NCBI GenBank assembly: GCA_016748015.1
Contig: JAAOMT010000710.1
Span: forward strand, 558,001 to 622,000
Source of the DNA: Geosiphon pyriformis uo1
Taxonomy: Eukaryota; Fungi; Glomeromycota
Length of the DNA stretch: 64,000 bases
Reading direction: 5' to 3'
Positions 23,712-37,538 of this stretch are shown here, in pieces. The notes beneath the pieces were generated by a model that saw only the letters and a program-made list of their open reading frames with translations, searched no databases and had not been told where the DNA came from. Position 1 is the stretch's first letter; each line of letters opens with the position of its first letter. A program made the translations under genes and the position numbers.

Positions 23712-26700
23712 TTAATCTTGTCTCATTCTTGAGAGACTATCAACATTGGTATGTAGTTTTCCTGGTTTGTGGTGTACAATATATCTGTAGTCTGCTAGGA
23801 AGTCATTCTATTGAAACTGTTTGGCACTTTGTTCAGTTTTTTTTTTATTGAGCCATTTGACGCCAATGTTGTCTGTTATTATGTCAAATTCTTTTTCATT
23901 CTTCAAATATTGTTGAAAATGTTTAAGAGCCCAAATAACTACAGCAGCTTCTAATTCAGTTGAGCCATATTTGAGTTCTGTTGGCTTGAGTGTTCTGCTG
24001 GCATAGGCAATAACTTGTTCTTGGCCATTTTCATCCAATTGTAATAAGATGGCATCAAATGCTATGTGTAAAGCATCAGTGGCTAATTGGAATCATTTGT
24101 TGAAGTCTGGGTAAGCAAGAACTGGAGCTGTTGTCAATTTTGTTTTGAGAATTTCAAAAGCTTTTTGTTGTTCTTCAGTCCATTTGTATGGTACGTTTTT
24201 GTTGGTAAGATAATTGAGTGGTTTGGCAATTTCTGAGAATTTTTTTATGAATTTTTGATAATAAGAGGCTAATCCCACAAATCCTCTTAGTTCTGTAGTA
24301 TTTCTGAGAGTTTGAAAGTTTTTGACAGCACTGATTGTTCCTGGATTTGGTTTGATTCCATCTTTACTAACTATGTGTCCAAGAAAAATCAAGCTTGTTT
24401 TTCCAAAGTAACATTTCTCAATATTTAACTTTAATCTTGTTTTCCGTAATCGTTGAAAAACTTCTCACAGGTAAATGAGATGGGCTTCAAAACTTGGTCA
24501 GTATATATCAGTATCATCAAGATAAACAACTACTGATTGCCACAAAAGCTCTTCATAGACAACATCCATGAGTTGCTGAAATGTTGCTGGTACATTGCAG
24601 AGTCCAAAAGGCATAACATTAAACTCATAATTTCCTCCTTGAGTGGTGAATACTGTTTTGGGTCTATCTTTTGGGTTCATTTCGACTTGCCAGTATCCAC
24701 TTTCCAGGTCTAAAGTTGAAAAAAACTTGGCTTTTCCTAGAGCATCTAGCATGTCATCAATTCTTGGAAGAGGGTAGACATCTCCAATTGTAACACTATT
24801 CAGTTGTCTATAATCAACACAGAATCTGATTTTTCTATTTTTCTTTTTAACTAAAACTACTGGTGAGGCCCAAAGACTTCTTGATGGTTGAATCAATCCG
24901 TTATTGAGCATTCTTTGGACCTTTTCTCTAATGAATTGGTGGCTGGCAGGTGGGACTCAATAAGCTTGTTGACATTTTGGTAGAGCATCTCCTGTATGAA
25001 TCTGATGTTAAACAATGTATGTTTTTCCCAAGTCATTGTTGTTTTTTGCAAATATATCTGCAAATTCAGCTATCAATTGTTTCAATTGTCTTTGTTGTTG
25101 AGATTCTAAGGGACCCATGTTAATTCGAGAGAGTTTTTCTTCCAAAAAGTAGTAGTTTTCAGTAGTGAGAATGATATTTGGATTTGGGAGTAGAGTGTGC
25201 TTTACAATTTTGATGAAATTAGAGACAATTTGAGGGTTTTCATTTTGAAAGATATTGCTGTGTATGATTCCAATTTCTAATTTGTTTAATAAAACAATAG
25301 GGTAATTATAGGGGTTGTAGAATGTAACTCGAAATTTTTTCATTTCTTTGGGAATATAAATGTTTGGAATTGATATTTCATGCTTCAAACAGATTTGTTC
25401 ATTGGATTCAAAGATTTGTTGTGTAGTGGTCGGTTTTGAACAAATATAAATTTCGTGATGTTCTCCAAAAGGTAAAATAATAATTGGCTGAAGAAGTTGA
25501 AAAATCTGGTGAGATTTATTTTGTGTATTAAGAACTATGTTTACTGGGACTGTAAGTCGTCTAGTTGAACCAAAACCTTGAGTTCCTCTTTCACTTTTTC
25601 CCAATTGTTCTCTGTTGTTTACTGATTGTAAACCCATAATGTTGATTAAGGGTAAGTGAATTGCTTGAGCAATTTTTTCAGCATGTTCAATTTTGAATGA
25701 TTTGTCTGTCTTATTCTGTAACATAATAGTAATGTCTCCAGTGTATCCTGTATCTATAACTCCTCCTCTAATATTGATTTCTTTGCTTGCCAATGATGAT
25801 CTGGAGGCAATTTGAACTATTGCTTCTGATGGAATTTCAAGAACAATTTTGAGATTAATTTTTGTCAAAAACTTTCATTGGAGAATCAAAGTATCTTTTC
25901 CTGGGTATCTTAGGTCATATCCAGCATCAATTTCATGTGCTTTTTCTGGTCTGATTCCTTGGCCATGGTTGTCAAAATATTTAAGTTGTAGAGGTGGTTG
26001 CTTTTCAAGAAGATAGATGAGAGTGGTTGGTAGTTCTTCTACTAGTTCAAATACTCCAAATTCGATTTCATTTTCATCATTCTTATCTGGCAGAGGAATG
26101 CTAAGAGCATAACATTCTAAACACCATTGGTCATCACAAGGCATAATACATTCTTCACACAATTGAATGTTCATTTGCTCTAATTGTTGAATTTGAGCTT
26201 CTTTGGTTGAATATGTGTGGCTTGCAATTTGGTGGTAGGTTTCTACTTCATCTTCGTAATTAAATCCAGCTAATTCCATGGTATACTCAATATATTCAGC
26301 TTTTTTTATTTGGCAGACATCTTCTTGGATGGCTCCATTGATCAATGTTATTGCTAAGTCAAAAATTATTTCAGCATCATGAGGGTAGTGGTAAAGTTTA
26401 TTGAGAACACTGTTGTATGCTGCATCAAATGGTGTTTCTCTTCTGACTTTTTCCGAAATTGATAGAGCATATTGACAGGTTTGATCACATACTCGTCCTC
26501 TCATTGCTACATCAATCCAATTGCATTCTTCTGGTAGCATTTCTCCACATGTAAGGCAAGGTGTGTTGTCCCATTTTCCACTTCTTTTTGGAGATCCAAA
26601 TCGTTCTCTATGGCATGCTTTGCAAAAGTAACAGATATGAGTTTCATATTCCTCTTCTGGAGAAATACATGCTCCTATTGATGAAAGTTTTTTGTTGCAA

Positions 26701-29185
26701 TCTTTGCATTTGAGTGGAATATAGGGTGGTTGTTTCTGTGGTTCTGGTGTAGAATATCTAACTTTCTTCCATCTTTTTGATTCTTCAAAAATCTCTTGTT
26801 CGGTTTCTTCAGCCCAATTGGATGTTGATCCAAGAGCCATGTAGGTTTCAGTAAGTGGCATTTTTTTCTCCTCTTCAAATTCAAATACTGGAGTTTTTTC
26901 TGATTGTTTGTTAAAGGTACCACAGATTGCAGGTACTATGGTATATTGTCCTTGGTATAAGATTTTAAGTTCTTGAGTTTTCCAGTTCAGGTTTGCATTG
27001 GCCTTGAGAAGCCAATCATTTTCGACTAGAGCTTGGTATTGGGGTGCATTCATAATAAGAACTTTAACTAGAATGGTGATTTCATCAATTGAAAAAAGGA
27101 AATCATTAATTTTTCCTATTAGAGTCTTCTTCATACCATCAGCTGTAACAATAACTGTTTGAGCTGGTCTGTCTATGTTTTGTTTGAGTTGTTGTATCAG
27201 CTGGTAAGTAATGATACTTCCAGCTGATCCACTATCTAAGATTAAGTGAATGGGTTTTCCTTCTACTGTAGCTTCTGTGTACATAGCAGTAATTGCTTTC
27301 TGTTCATTGACTGCTGCATTACTAAGCAAAAATGGTGATTCATTTGCTTCAAATTCAAATGGAAATATATCTGACAGATTAGCATTTTGGGCAATTTGAA
27401 CTGGTGGAATGGTGTGGTTGGAAGGGTTTGATCTTAGTGCTGCAACTTCATCTTCAGAAAGTGCAGTTTGTTGAAAATCCGATTCCTCTGGTATTGTAAG
27501 ATAACTGGGTTGAATGTGATAGTAATTGGGTCTTTGCTGACCCAAATTTCGGGGAACCAACTGGTTATTTGGATTGATTCTGTTGTGGTTATTTTGCAAT
27601 TGATTTTGGAGTGTGAATTGGTTATGTTGAACCAATCTTCTTGCTGATACTTGATATTGTTGAGTGGGTGGTGTCTGATATGGCTGAATTGGTAAAAGTT
27701 GCTGATATTGTTGCTGCATTGATTGTGGAGCTGGTGGATAGTAGTTTTGATTTTGTGGTCTTGGTGAATAATAGGTTGGTGGTGGAGATTGGTAATAGAA
27801 TTGTTGTGGTGAAGAGTAACGTTAATTACTTCTGTTTTGTTGGTCTTTTTGTAATTTCCTATAATCTCGTTTCCAGTGTCTTGGAATTCCACAATAATGA
27901 CAATTTTGAGATTGGTTGTTGGATGGTAATCCAAAATTGTTTTGGTTGCGTCATTGTGGTGGTTGATATCTTTATGGTTGTTGCTGTTGTTGTTGTTGGT
28001 TTGTAAAATAGCTTTCAACTTTTTTTTGTGAGTTGATCTATCTTTTTTTCAGCTGCTGAGCTGGTTTCTCCAATTGCAAGATTTACAAGCTTGGTGTGAT
28101 TTGCTTCTTCCATTGCCATTTTATAGCTCTTTGCATGTCTAATAGCAGTTGCTAAATCTGCTGGAGCATGTGGACAGACTTTCTTAATCAGTTTGTCTTT
28201 TAACCCTGCTATAAACTAATCCAGAATTTGAGCATCAGAATAGTAGTCATTGGTTTCCAATTGTCAGATTCGTCTGAGAAGTTTATTAAATCTTCCAAAA
28301 TAGGTCATAACAGATTCAGATGTTTCTTGTTTGATATTGTGAAAGTGGTTTCTGAGAGTGATAGAGGTATTGTTGTCGGTGAATTGTTGTAGAAAAGCAT
28401 CTTTGAATGCTTGCCAGTTTTCAAATGGTTCTTCTAAATTTTCAAACCATTTTCCTGCTGTTCCTTGGAGAAAGTAGGGAATTGCTTTGAGCATTTTTGC
28501 TGCAATCCAACCATTTGCATCTCCTGCTTTTTGAACCTTTTCAAGCCATTCTTGAGGACTGGTATTATTGTCTTCACCAGTGAATTCTGGGATTTTTGCA
28601 ATGTAAGCAGTTGCCATTTCTTTTTCATTTTCTGTAATTTTTTCTGGTTCTGATTCAGTTTCTTCACTTTCCAAGCTTTCTAAGTGATTACTTTCATTTT
28701 CCTGTAAGTAATCAATAATATTGGCACTTGTTGATATTGGTTCCTGCTGTTGAGTAGGATTTCTAGGTAACTGAAAATCTTCTGGTCTGGAGAAATGGCT
28801 AAGTGGTGAACTTGGTGTTTGTGGTTGAACAAATAAAATTGGAAATGGTGTAATAGAAAGTGGTAATTTGACACTGGTTCCTTGTTCAGGTGTTTGCAAG
28901 TGTTTGGCAGTTGTTTTTTGTAGTGTTGGAGTGTTTGGAGTGGTTCTTGAGTATTGCTTCAATCTTTGTTTGTCTTTGTTGTTTGTTTCTGTCTCTGATT
29001 CAAAGTCAAAAGAGTATTTAGACTGTACTGGGTATTTTTCTTCACAATACTCAATAATGTTAAAATTAAGTTCTTGGAAGTAGGTAGCAAGTGTTTCACT
29101 GTTCAGGTCTTCTGTTCCCAATTGTGAATAGTGCACTAAATTATTGTAGAGGTTGCTTCTAACTTCTAAAATGTTGTAGTTTCCA
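23712..29185 (-). pseudogene. B1 ORF1 Gag-PR-Cys-rich-dUTPase-RT-RNase H
   Basis: MATAYIAKIPEF, LILDSGSAGS, AHEIDAGYDL, RGTQGFGST, YPLPRIDD, YLDD; long open stretches (614 aa, 286 aa). Confidence 0.92.
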
Positions 29186-29565
29186 NNNNNNNNNNNNNNN
29201 NNNNNNNNNNNNNNNNNNNNNNNNNNNNNNNNNNNNNNNNNNNNNNNNNNNNNNNNNNNNNNNNNNNNNNNNNNNNNNNNNNNNNNNNNNNNNNNNNNNN
29301 NNNNNNNNNNNNNNNNNNNNNNNNNNNNNNNNNNNNNNNNNNNNNNNNNNNNNNNNNNNNNNNNNNNNNNNNNNNNNNNNNNNNNNNNNNNNNNNNNNNN
29401 NNNNNNNNNNNNNNNNNNNNNNNNNNNNNNNNNNNNNNNNNNNNNNNNNNNNNNNNNNNNNNNNNNNNNNNNNNNNNNNNNNNNNNNNNNNNNNNNNNNN
29501 NNNNNNNNNNNNNNNNNNNNNNNNNNNNNNNNNNNNNNNNNNNNNNNNNNNNNNNNNNNNNNNNN
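29186..29565. other. Assembly gap (N run)
   Basis: 380 Ns. Confidence 0.99.
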
Positions 29566-30372
29566 CTTTCCCAGGAATTGCTCGTCTGAAAGCTCACTAA
29601 AAATGTGTAGTTACTTTGCTGTGAAAGTCAACTTTTCTACAGGAATCTCATCTGTAGGCTACCCTAATGATTGTAATAAGAAAATAAAAGAAAAATAAAA
29701 GAAATGTAAAAGAAATAGAATTTTGTCAAGGGAAACATTTTCTATCCAGGCCTGGAGTCACTAACAGATTATTGAAATTGGTAGCTAATCAATTTCAAAA
29801 CATTAGTTGGGTTTTGAGGATTTTCCAAGTGCAATAATTAAAGAATTTGGTTTTTCAAATTATTTGATATTTATTTCTTTTTGTGTGTGTAGGAATGGTT
29901 CTAAGTGATAAATCTAAAGTAAGATACATTTTCCAGAAGAGAAAAGCTCTTCTTTTATACAACTTGTTGTTGTACTAGTCTATGAACTTGCACTTTTTCT
30001 CTTTGCTCAAATTTTGGTGAACTAAAGATACATTTTGATGAACTACAAGTTATTTCGCTGAACTATTAATTAATTTGGGTGAACTATTCATAATTTCGGC
30101 AAATTTCTGTAAATTTCGGCGAATTTCTTATAAATTTCGGCGAATTTCTGTAAATTTCGGCGAATTTTTGAATGTTACAAAGTTCAAGATATTGTGTAAT
30201 TTGATTATCCTACTTTCTGTTATACTAATTAGATTATTTTAATTAAATCGTGATATGTAATAATTGATTAAATAATAAATGATAATTTGAAATGATATTA
30301 ATATACTAATAAATTATAGGAATTATAAGAGTAATTTCATGCTAATTAATAGCTAAAATTCTACTGGTAACA
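29566..30372 (-). repeat. B1 5' LTR (U5 end in the gap)
   Basis: Matches ~20693-21438; four AATTTCGGCGAATTTC units at 30091-30170. Confidence 0.93.
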
Positions 30373-30376
30373 CTAT

Positions 30377-33300
30377 TAGTCTTTGGAATATCACAGAAGC
30401 ATTTGTTAATCCAAATGGCATTACATTGAACTCATAATTGCCATTTTGTGTTGTGAATGCTGTTTTATGTCTGTCCTTTGAGTCTATTTCCACTTGCCAG
30501 TATCCACTGGTCAAGTCCAGTATAGAAAACCATTTTGCTCCTTCAAAAATGTCAAAGATTTTGTCAATTAACAGTATTAGGTATGAGTTTTTGGTTGTTT
30601 TGCTGTTTAGTTTGCAATAGTTAACACAAAATCTAATTTTTCTATTCTTTTTCCTTACTAAAACAACTAGTGAGAACCATGAGCTCATTGATGATTGTAT
30701 TATTCTTTTTTCCAACATGCTTTGGATTTCTTCTCTGATAAAATTATGCTCTATTGGTGGGACACAGTAAGCGCATTGTTTTTTAGGTCTGGCATCTCCA
30801 GTGGGGATTTGGTGTTGAACCAAGTTGGTTCTTCTAAATTTGCCATTTTGTGAAAATATATCAGAGTATTTTAAAATTAATGCTTTTAATTGTCGCTGTT
30901 GGTCAGGATCCATTGTTCCAATGTTTAATTTGGTCAATTCTTCTGTCATAAATTGATAGTATTCCAACAGTTGTTGCCAATTTATTGAAGTGAGTTCACA
31001 GTAGAAGGCGATTTCTGGGAAATTTAGAATTTCTTGTGGTGTTGATGCATTTTCTAGCTCTGTTCCGAGATATCCAATGATGGTATCTTCCAGAATATAG
31101 ACGGGTTTTTCTGTGGTGTTTGCAATAGAAATTTTTATTCATTGAGCTTTATCAGCTGGAATAAAAAGGTTAGTAAGTCCTATGAGAAACTGTTGGCAAG
31201 TTTCTGAATAAGGCTCAAATATTAGGTCTTTTTCTTTAATTGTTCTTTTTATTCTTATTTCTGATTTTGCATATGGTAAGAGTGTGATGGACCACTCAAT
31301 TTTAATTACTTTGTCTTTTTCCTCTATTGTTTCAGCAAAAATTTGCTTCAATTCCTTTTTTTGTTGATCCAAAACCAAAAGTTTCTCTCATTGTTTGTGA
31401 TAATTCCTCACAATTTTTTATTAGCACAAATTTCCCAATTTTTACCAATGATAAGAAAATTGCTTGTGCAATCTTTTTCTTAGATTCAATGGTATAAGGC
31501 TTTTCTGAATTGTTTTGTAACAAAACCATCAAATTTCCAGTGTATCCAGTCAATTATTCCTTCTTGAATACTTATTCTTTTTTTCACGAAGCTTGATTGT
31601 GACACTATTTAAACTATTATTCCTGGTGGAATTTCAACCACTATTTTTAGGTCGATTTTGGTGATGCTCCTAGATGGTAATGTTGTGGATTGGTCTTCTA
31701 GATAATGTAGATTGAATTTGGTGTCGGTTGGATGGGCTCTTTTAAGTATTATTCCTAAGTGCCCATTGTTGAAGTATTGGATGTTGGTCATCTGTTCTAG
31801 GTTGGTATAGGCTACAAATTTTTCTGACTCAGGACTGTTAGGTGAGTCTTGTTGATTTATTGATTGATTTTGAGACTGCTGATTCTCAATTTCCATTTTT
31901 CTTTCTAAGTCTCTTTCATTTTGATACTCTTTACAGCACTGATTTTGGCATGGGATAAGACAGTTTTCACAGAGATAAGTATTGATTTGGGCGAGGTATT
32001 GTTCTTGCTCTTGTCGAGTGAGGCATAGTTGTTAATAGTAGTCCTGAAATTCATTTATTGGATTGAACATGTTGTAGCTAGTGACTTCATCAGCTACTTT
32101 GGCTGACTCTTTCCAACGTTGTATTTCTTCAGTAGTTTCTCCTCTTATTTTGGCTTGTGTGGTGTTGTACAACTTATTCTCATCATATGAGTAGTGTTGT
32201 AGTCTTTTTAATGCTCTGTTGAATGCTGCTTCGAATGACATTCCTCTTCTTATCCAGTCACAGATGAGAATCATGTATTAGCAAGTTGCATTACATGTTT
32301 TTTCTCTGCCTGGTATGTCATTCCAGTCATACCCTCTTGGTAATGGTTCTCCACAAGCAAGACACGGTTTCTTGTCCCATTTTCCGTGTCTTTCTGGATA
32401 ACCATATTTTTCTTTGTTATAATGGTTACAATAGTAGTGAGTGGGGTTTCTTAGGTCTTTGTCCAGTGCGCTGCATGCAGTCATAGACAAGAGTTTTTTC
32501 TTGCAAACTGAGCATTCTAGCTTTGGTCTGTGTTGCTGGTGGTTTTTTTGTGGACTTACTTGGTTCTATTCGGATCTTTCTTTGCTGGTCCATATTGGTA
32601 CGGCTGATAGTTCTATTCTTTAGTCATTAGCCCAAGAGAATTGATAGGTTTTGATGGCTGGTAGTGCTGGATTTTTCTCAAATTCGAAGGTAGGTCTTTG
32701 GTTGGTGCTTGGTTTTTGGAAGTGGCCACAGGTGGCTGGAATTCTGGCTTGGTGGTCATTATAATTAATCAGAAGCTTTTGGGTGGTCCAGTCTAGGGTG
32801 GCATTGGCTTTTATTAGCCAGTCATTTCCTACTAATGCTTAATATTGTGTAGTGTTCATTACTAATACTTTTGTAGATATTATTATGCTGTTAATTTTGA
32901 AAGGAAATGAGTTAATTTCATCATGAGGCAGCTTTGTACTTCTATTGGCTGTTATGATTTGGGATGTCGCAGCACAATCAACTTTGAAACCCAGTTGGTT
33001 TACTAATTGAAGCATTACAATGCTTCCAGCGGATTCACTGTCTAAGATAAGTTTGATTGAGGTATTGTTTACAGTGGCTTCCGTATACATAGCAGTGATT
33101 GGGCATTTTTTGTCCAATGCTGCTCTACTGAACATAGCCTCGTTTTCCTTTAATTCAAAAAGAAAAATAGCTGCGAGGCTGCAATCTTCAGTGGCAACTG
33201 CTGGTAGTATTGTCTGGCTCAATTTGTTGGAAGAATTTTTGGTTCTGTTTATGTTTCTACTATCATTGTTTCTGATAATTAGATTTTCCAGTATATTAAA

Positions 33301-35235
33301 GTAAGTTTGTTAATAATTTTGATAGTTTGGATTGGTTTGCTGATTGGTTCCAGTGCAGTTTGAATTCCTCTAAACCAATGTGTTCTGGTTCCACATGGGC
33401 TGATTTTGGGTCTCGGAATGCCAATTCAGATTGGCTATCATGGGCTGTTGCTGGTAAGCTCCTTGATTTTGATACATGGTGAGATATTGGCATGGTATTG
33501 ACGTGTACTGGTTTCTGGGCATTTGGGGTGGTGCATAGTAATTATTTTCGTGTGCTTCCTGCATCATTTGTGTTTGACATTGACTAATCAAATGTCCTAC
33601 ATGTTTGCAAAAATGGCAGGTGCACATTTCTGTTCTGAATTTCTGGCATGACGAGCAATTATTTCAACTGTCACTGACTTTTTGGCTGCATCTTTAGGGT
33701 GGTTGGTATGTATTTCTTCTCAGATTTGAGATAAGGTAACTTTTTATTTTCTTAGAAAGTTCTTTCCTTAATTGTGTTACTCTTTTTTCTAATGTTTCTG
33801 TCTTATTTTCTTCCATTACCATGTTAACCATTTGACTATGGTTAGCTTTTTTCTCAGCCGATTCAAGAGCTCTGGCGAGTGTAACAGCTTCTGGTAAGGA
33901 ATTAGGGTGGGCAGGGCATACTTTTCCTAAAATGCTGCTTTTTAATCCTCTAATAAACTGATTTAAAACCTGAGGATCAATGTAGTATCCTTGTTCAATT
34001 GCTTCAATTTGACAGCGAATTCGATTGAATCAAGCAAGGTATTGGGTAACAGTTTCACTGGTATTTTGCTTGATAGTATTGAATTCGTTCTGTAGTTGGA
34101 TTACGGCATTTGGATTACTAAAATACTCCAGAAGTGCATTTTTAAATTCGGCAAAGCTCATGAGTTTTGTTTCCAGGCTTTGATATCACAAGTCAACTGT
34201 GTCTTTCAGAAAGAAAGGTAATGTTTGAATTGCTTTTTGGTTGTTCCAGTTATTTGCTTAAATGGCTTTTTGTGCTTCTCTGAGCCATGTGTGCATGTCC
34301 GTTTCTTCTTCTTCTCCTGAAAAATCTGTTAGTCTTGCAATATATGGTGTGGCTATTTTATCGCTGTTTTCTGCTAGTGGGCTTATTGGTCTAAGAGGAG
34401 GTGGGATAATATTTCCTTGAGCATTCCTGAAGATGGCTTCTCTTATATCTGGTTCTTCTTCTTGATCACAAGTTTCTTGGTTTCTGGACTGGCTGCTTGT
34501 TCCAGTAACCAGTCTTGTGATTGTTTTTTCACTGGTTTCTTTTTCGGATTCTGATTCAGACTCCTCTTCATGGTTTTCAAACCCTGTTCCAAATTTTGGC
34601 TGAAAAAAAGGGTTTTGGAATAGTGATGAATATCCTTCTGTAATTGGTATGTCTCCCCAGTTATATTGTTTAATTTTATCAGTATAACTAGAAGTTCTTG
34701 GCGTTTGTGGAGTTGATGTTAATGATAATACAGCTTCTAATGGAATTTGTATCTTATTTTCTAGTAAAAAATGGTATAATTTATCTTCTGGTGAATAAAT
34801 ACGTTGTTTCTTTATTGATTGAGTGACAGTTTTCTTCGGTGTTTGAACAGATATTCCTAGTTTTTGCTGGTTACTTTCTTGATTAGTTTCTGAATTTTTT
34901 TTGGTTTTGTTGGCGCATTCTCTAATGTTTCCTGTGAATATTGGAAAATTTTTGTTGGCATATTGTTCAATTTCTCAATGAATTTTGACAATAGTTGTGG
35001 CTATTACTGCTACTTCTTTTGTAGTGTATTGTGATAATTTTCTATACAATCTAAGTTTTGCATCGTGTGGTTCTTCTTCTTTTCCTATATAATAATTTAT
35101 TTTGGCATTGATATAATAAGTGAGGGCAGATTCTGCTGGACAACACCCTTATGGTAATCCAAGATCACTTTGATTTTGTGTGTAAATAGCATGGCAGAAT
35201 TCAAGAACAGTAAGATTAGGGGTTTTTTTTACCAC
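30377..35235 (-). pseudogene. C1 ORF1 (N-extension, Gag, PR, Cys-rich, dUTPase, RT N-half)
   Basis: CHFCKHVGHLISQC, LILDSES, PCLACGE, AHPTD, IAQAIF, GFGST, LDLTSGYWQ. Confidence 0.88.
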
Positions 35236-35317
35236 TTTTGTTTCTTTTTTTTTAGTAATGAATTATTACTAATTATTATTTCCTTTTTAATTTTCTTTCT
35301 TCATAAGGTTCACCAAA

Positions 35318-36191
35318 TGTTACGGAATGGTTTTCTTGTTATATTTAATTGCTGATATCCCGTTTTAATTGCAATCAGTCTTTCATGAGTTCCTTAATTC
35401 TATTTGTGTGATAATGTCACTGTTATACTGAAGGCTTTCTTTTTAATGTCGTGATGTAAGTTATTCTTCAATTTCTGATTGTTGTGTGTGTTTATGTACT
35501 TCTTTTTAGAGGCTGAACTGAAATTTACCCGCTGTCTGGAGTCTTCTCTGAGGCTATCTTTGCAATTGCCTAATGTGTTTCTCTAATCTAGAAACACAGA
35601 ATGTTAATGGCCTTTAGCACTTTTCCTAATTCTTACAATAAAGCTTTTATCAATTAGTAACAACATGAATAATTTTGATCAAGGATTATTCTTCCAAGGG
35701 ATTCAGTTGATGAATGATAGTTTCATTCAATAAATAATACAAGTAAGTTTCTTAATACTTTGGGTTGTGATAATTCAGTTTTAAATATTCTTTTTCATTT
35801 CTTTTTGATTTAAAGGTTTCTTGGGATATTTAATTTGAAAGTATGATTTAAAGTGGAGTTTGTTGGATAAAATTGAATCTATTGCTTGATAAATTATGAT
35901 TTTTATTACTTGATTTCTTTTTCTTAATATTAAAGCTACTGTATATATACATGTTTGTAGTTCTACAAGAAAACACATTGTAATACTTTCTTTTTGATAT
36001 TTCAACCTGGTGTTTGCTGCTATTACCAGTTGGTGTTGGCTGCTATTGTGAACTGGTGCTTGCTACTATTGTGAAATGGTGTTTGCTATTATGTTAATCA
36101 TTACCTTTCTAAGATTATTACTGCACTATATTATGATTGAATAGTTTATATTATTTTTATGATTCTTTTGCTAAATTCTTAAACTGTAACA
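35318..36191 (-). repeat. C1 5' LTR
   Basis: TGTTAC/GTAACA termini, adjacent PBS, TATATATA near 35942-35949, ~23-bp repeats 36006-36093; partner LTR not in window. Confidence 0.82.
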
Positions 36192-36195
36192 ATGC

Positions 36196-37178
36196 TATTA
36201 CTGGAGGTTTTTGGTCTCTTTTCTTAAATGTTGTTAATGTCTGTTTATTGCAAATTCACATTTTCTAGACGTAGTTAAACCTCTAGTAACTGAATTTATC
36301 TTCAAATTATTTCTTATAATTTGAATTGCTGAGCTTATAAGTAAAATGGCCAATTTCATGCCAGTTACTTTATGTAGTTACATTGTAGTAAACATCAACT
36401 CTTTCCCAGGAATTGCTCATCTGGAAGCTCACTAAATGTATAGTTACTTTGCTGTGAAAGTCAACTTTTCTACAGGAATCTTGTCTGTAAGCTATCCTAA
36501 TGATTGTAAATAAGAAAATACAAGAAAATAAAAGAAATGTAAAAGAAATATAATGCTGTTAAGGGAAACGTTTTCTATCCAGGCCTGGAGTTATTAACAG
36601 TTTACTGAAATTGGTAGCTAATCAATTTCAAAATGTTAGTTGGGTTTTTGGAGATTTTCTAAGTGCAATAATTAAAAAATTTGGTTTTTTGAATTATTTG
36701 ATATTTATTTTTTTTTGTGTGTGTAAGAATGGTTCTAAGTAATAAATCTAAAGTAAGATACATTTTCTTGAAGAGAAAAGCTTTTCTTTTATACAACTTG
36801 TTATAGTACTAGTCTATAAACTTGTACTTTTTCTTTTTGCTCAAATTTCGGCAAACTAAAGATACATTTTGATAAACTACAAGTTATTTCACTGAACTAT
36901 TGATTAATTTGGGTGAACTATTCATAATTTTGGTGAATTTCTATAAATTTCGGCGAATTTCATATAAATTTTGGCAAATTTCTGTAAATTTCAGTGAATT
37001 TTAGAATGTTACAATCTTACTTTCTGTTGTACTAATTGGATTATTAATTGAATCGTGATATGTGATAAATTGATTAAATAATAAGTAATAATTTGAATTA
37101 ATATTAACATGTTAATTAATAATAGAAATTATAAGGATAATTTCATGCTAATTAATAGCTAAAATTCTACTGATAACA
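36196..37178 (-). repeat. Solo LTR B2
   Basis: Full family-B LTR flanked by TSD ATGC (36192-36195 / 37179-37182); no internal sequence. Confidence 0.93.
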
Positions 37179-37182
37179 ATGC

Positions 37183-37538
37183 AAGCCAGCAGATGATTTG
37201 CTTGTGAAGTCTGTAGCCATATGTAAATTAAGATGCCACACCAAGAAAGATCTCAACCAATTAATGTTCAATATCAAATCCTGTCAGAAATTTGGAGCCA
37301 GAACCAACTTCCCAATGCATATGATAAACTGACCTAAAAACATCTCAAACAAAATGTCTAAAATTACCAGAAATGAATTCACCACCAGCTAAAAGGCAAT
37401 GACCCTTCAAATAGAGGAGAAGATGTCAATCAAAGTTAAAAGCAACAACAGCAAGGGTATTTGCACAATCATTTCCCATAATACCCGAGTGACTTTTTAC
37501 TTTAATCCAATTTATTCTCAAATTTTTGCAACAAATAA
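37183..37538 (-). pseudogene. RNase H1-type fragment, probably from a non-LTR (LINE-like) retrotransposon; basal substrate of the nest
   Basis: Minus strand reads KNLRINWIKVKSHSGIMGNDCANTLA (cf. WVKGHSGxxGNERADxLA), then ISGNFRHFV...HWEVGSG...VWHLNLHMATDFTS, with frameshifts. Confidence 0.75.

Larger units (their letters stand above)
20489..30372 (-). mobile_element. Full-length Ty3/Gypsy element B1 nested in RT of C1
   Basis: Perfect TSD CTAT (20485-20488 / 30373-30376); paired LTRs; PPT GAGGAGGAGATTA next to 21438; PBS and ORF1 start lost in the N gap. Confidence 0.95.
19820..36191 (-). mobile_element. Ty3/Gypsy element C1 (3' part lies beyond A0, outside the window); interrupted by B1
   Basis: 5' LTR 35318-36191, PBS TGGTGAACCTTATG at 35315-35302, ORF1 35235-30377 continuing 20488-19820; RT rejoins as FQRLI|DIIYFGILWQSVIVYLDD across B1. 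Confidence 0.9.

Noticed and set aside
27641-28006. Val-rich antisense ORFs (also 51571-52082, 3661-4020)
   Set aside because: Shadows of Q/N/P-rich Gag linker codons; not conserved between families
28015-28030. Programmed frameshift in B1 gag
   Set aside because: One extra base in a homopolymer; A1 and A3 read through the equivalent region in frame
29166-29597. 143-aa ORF
   Set aside because: Artefact of the N gap
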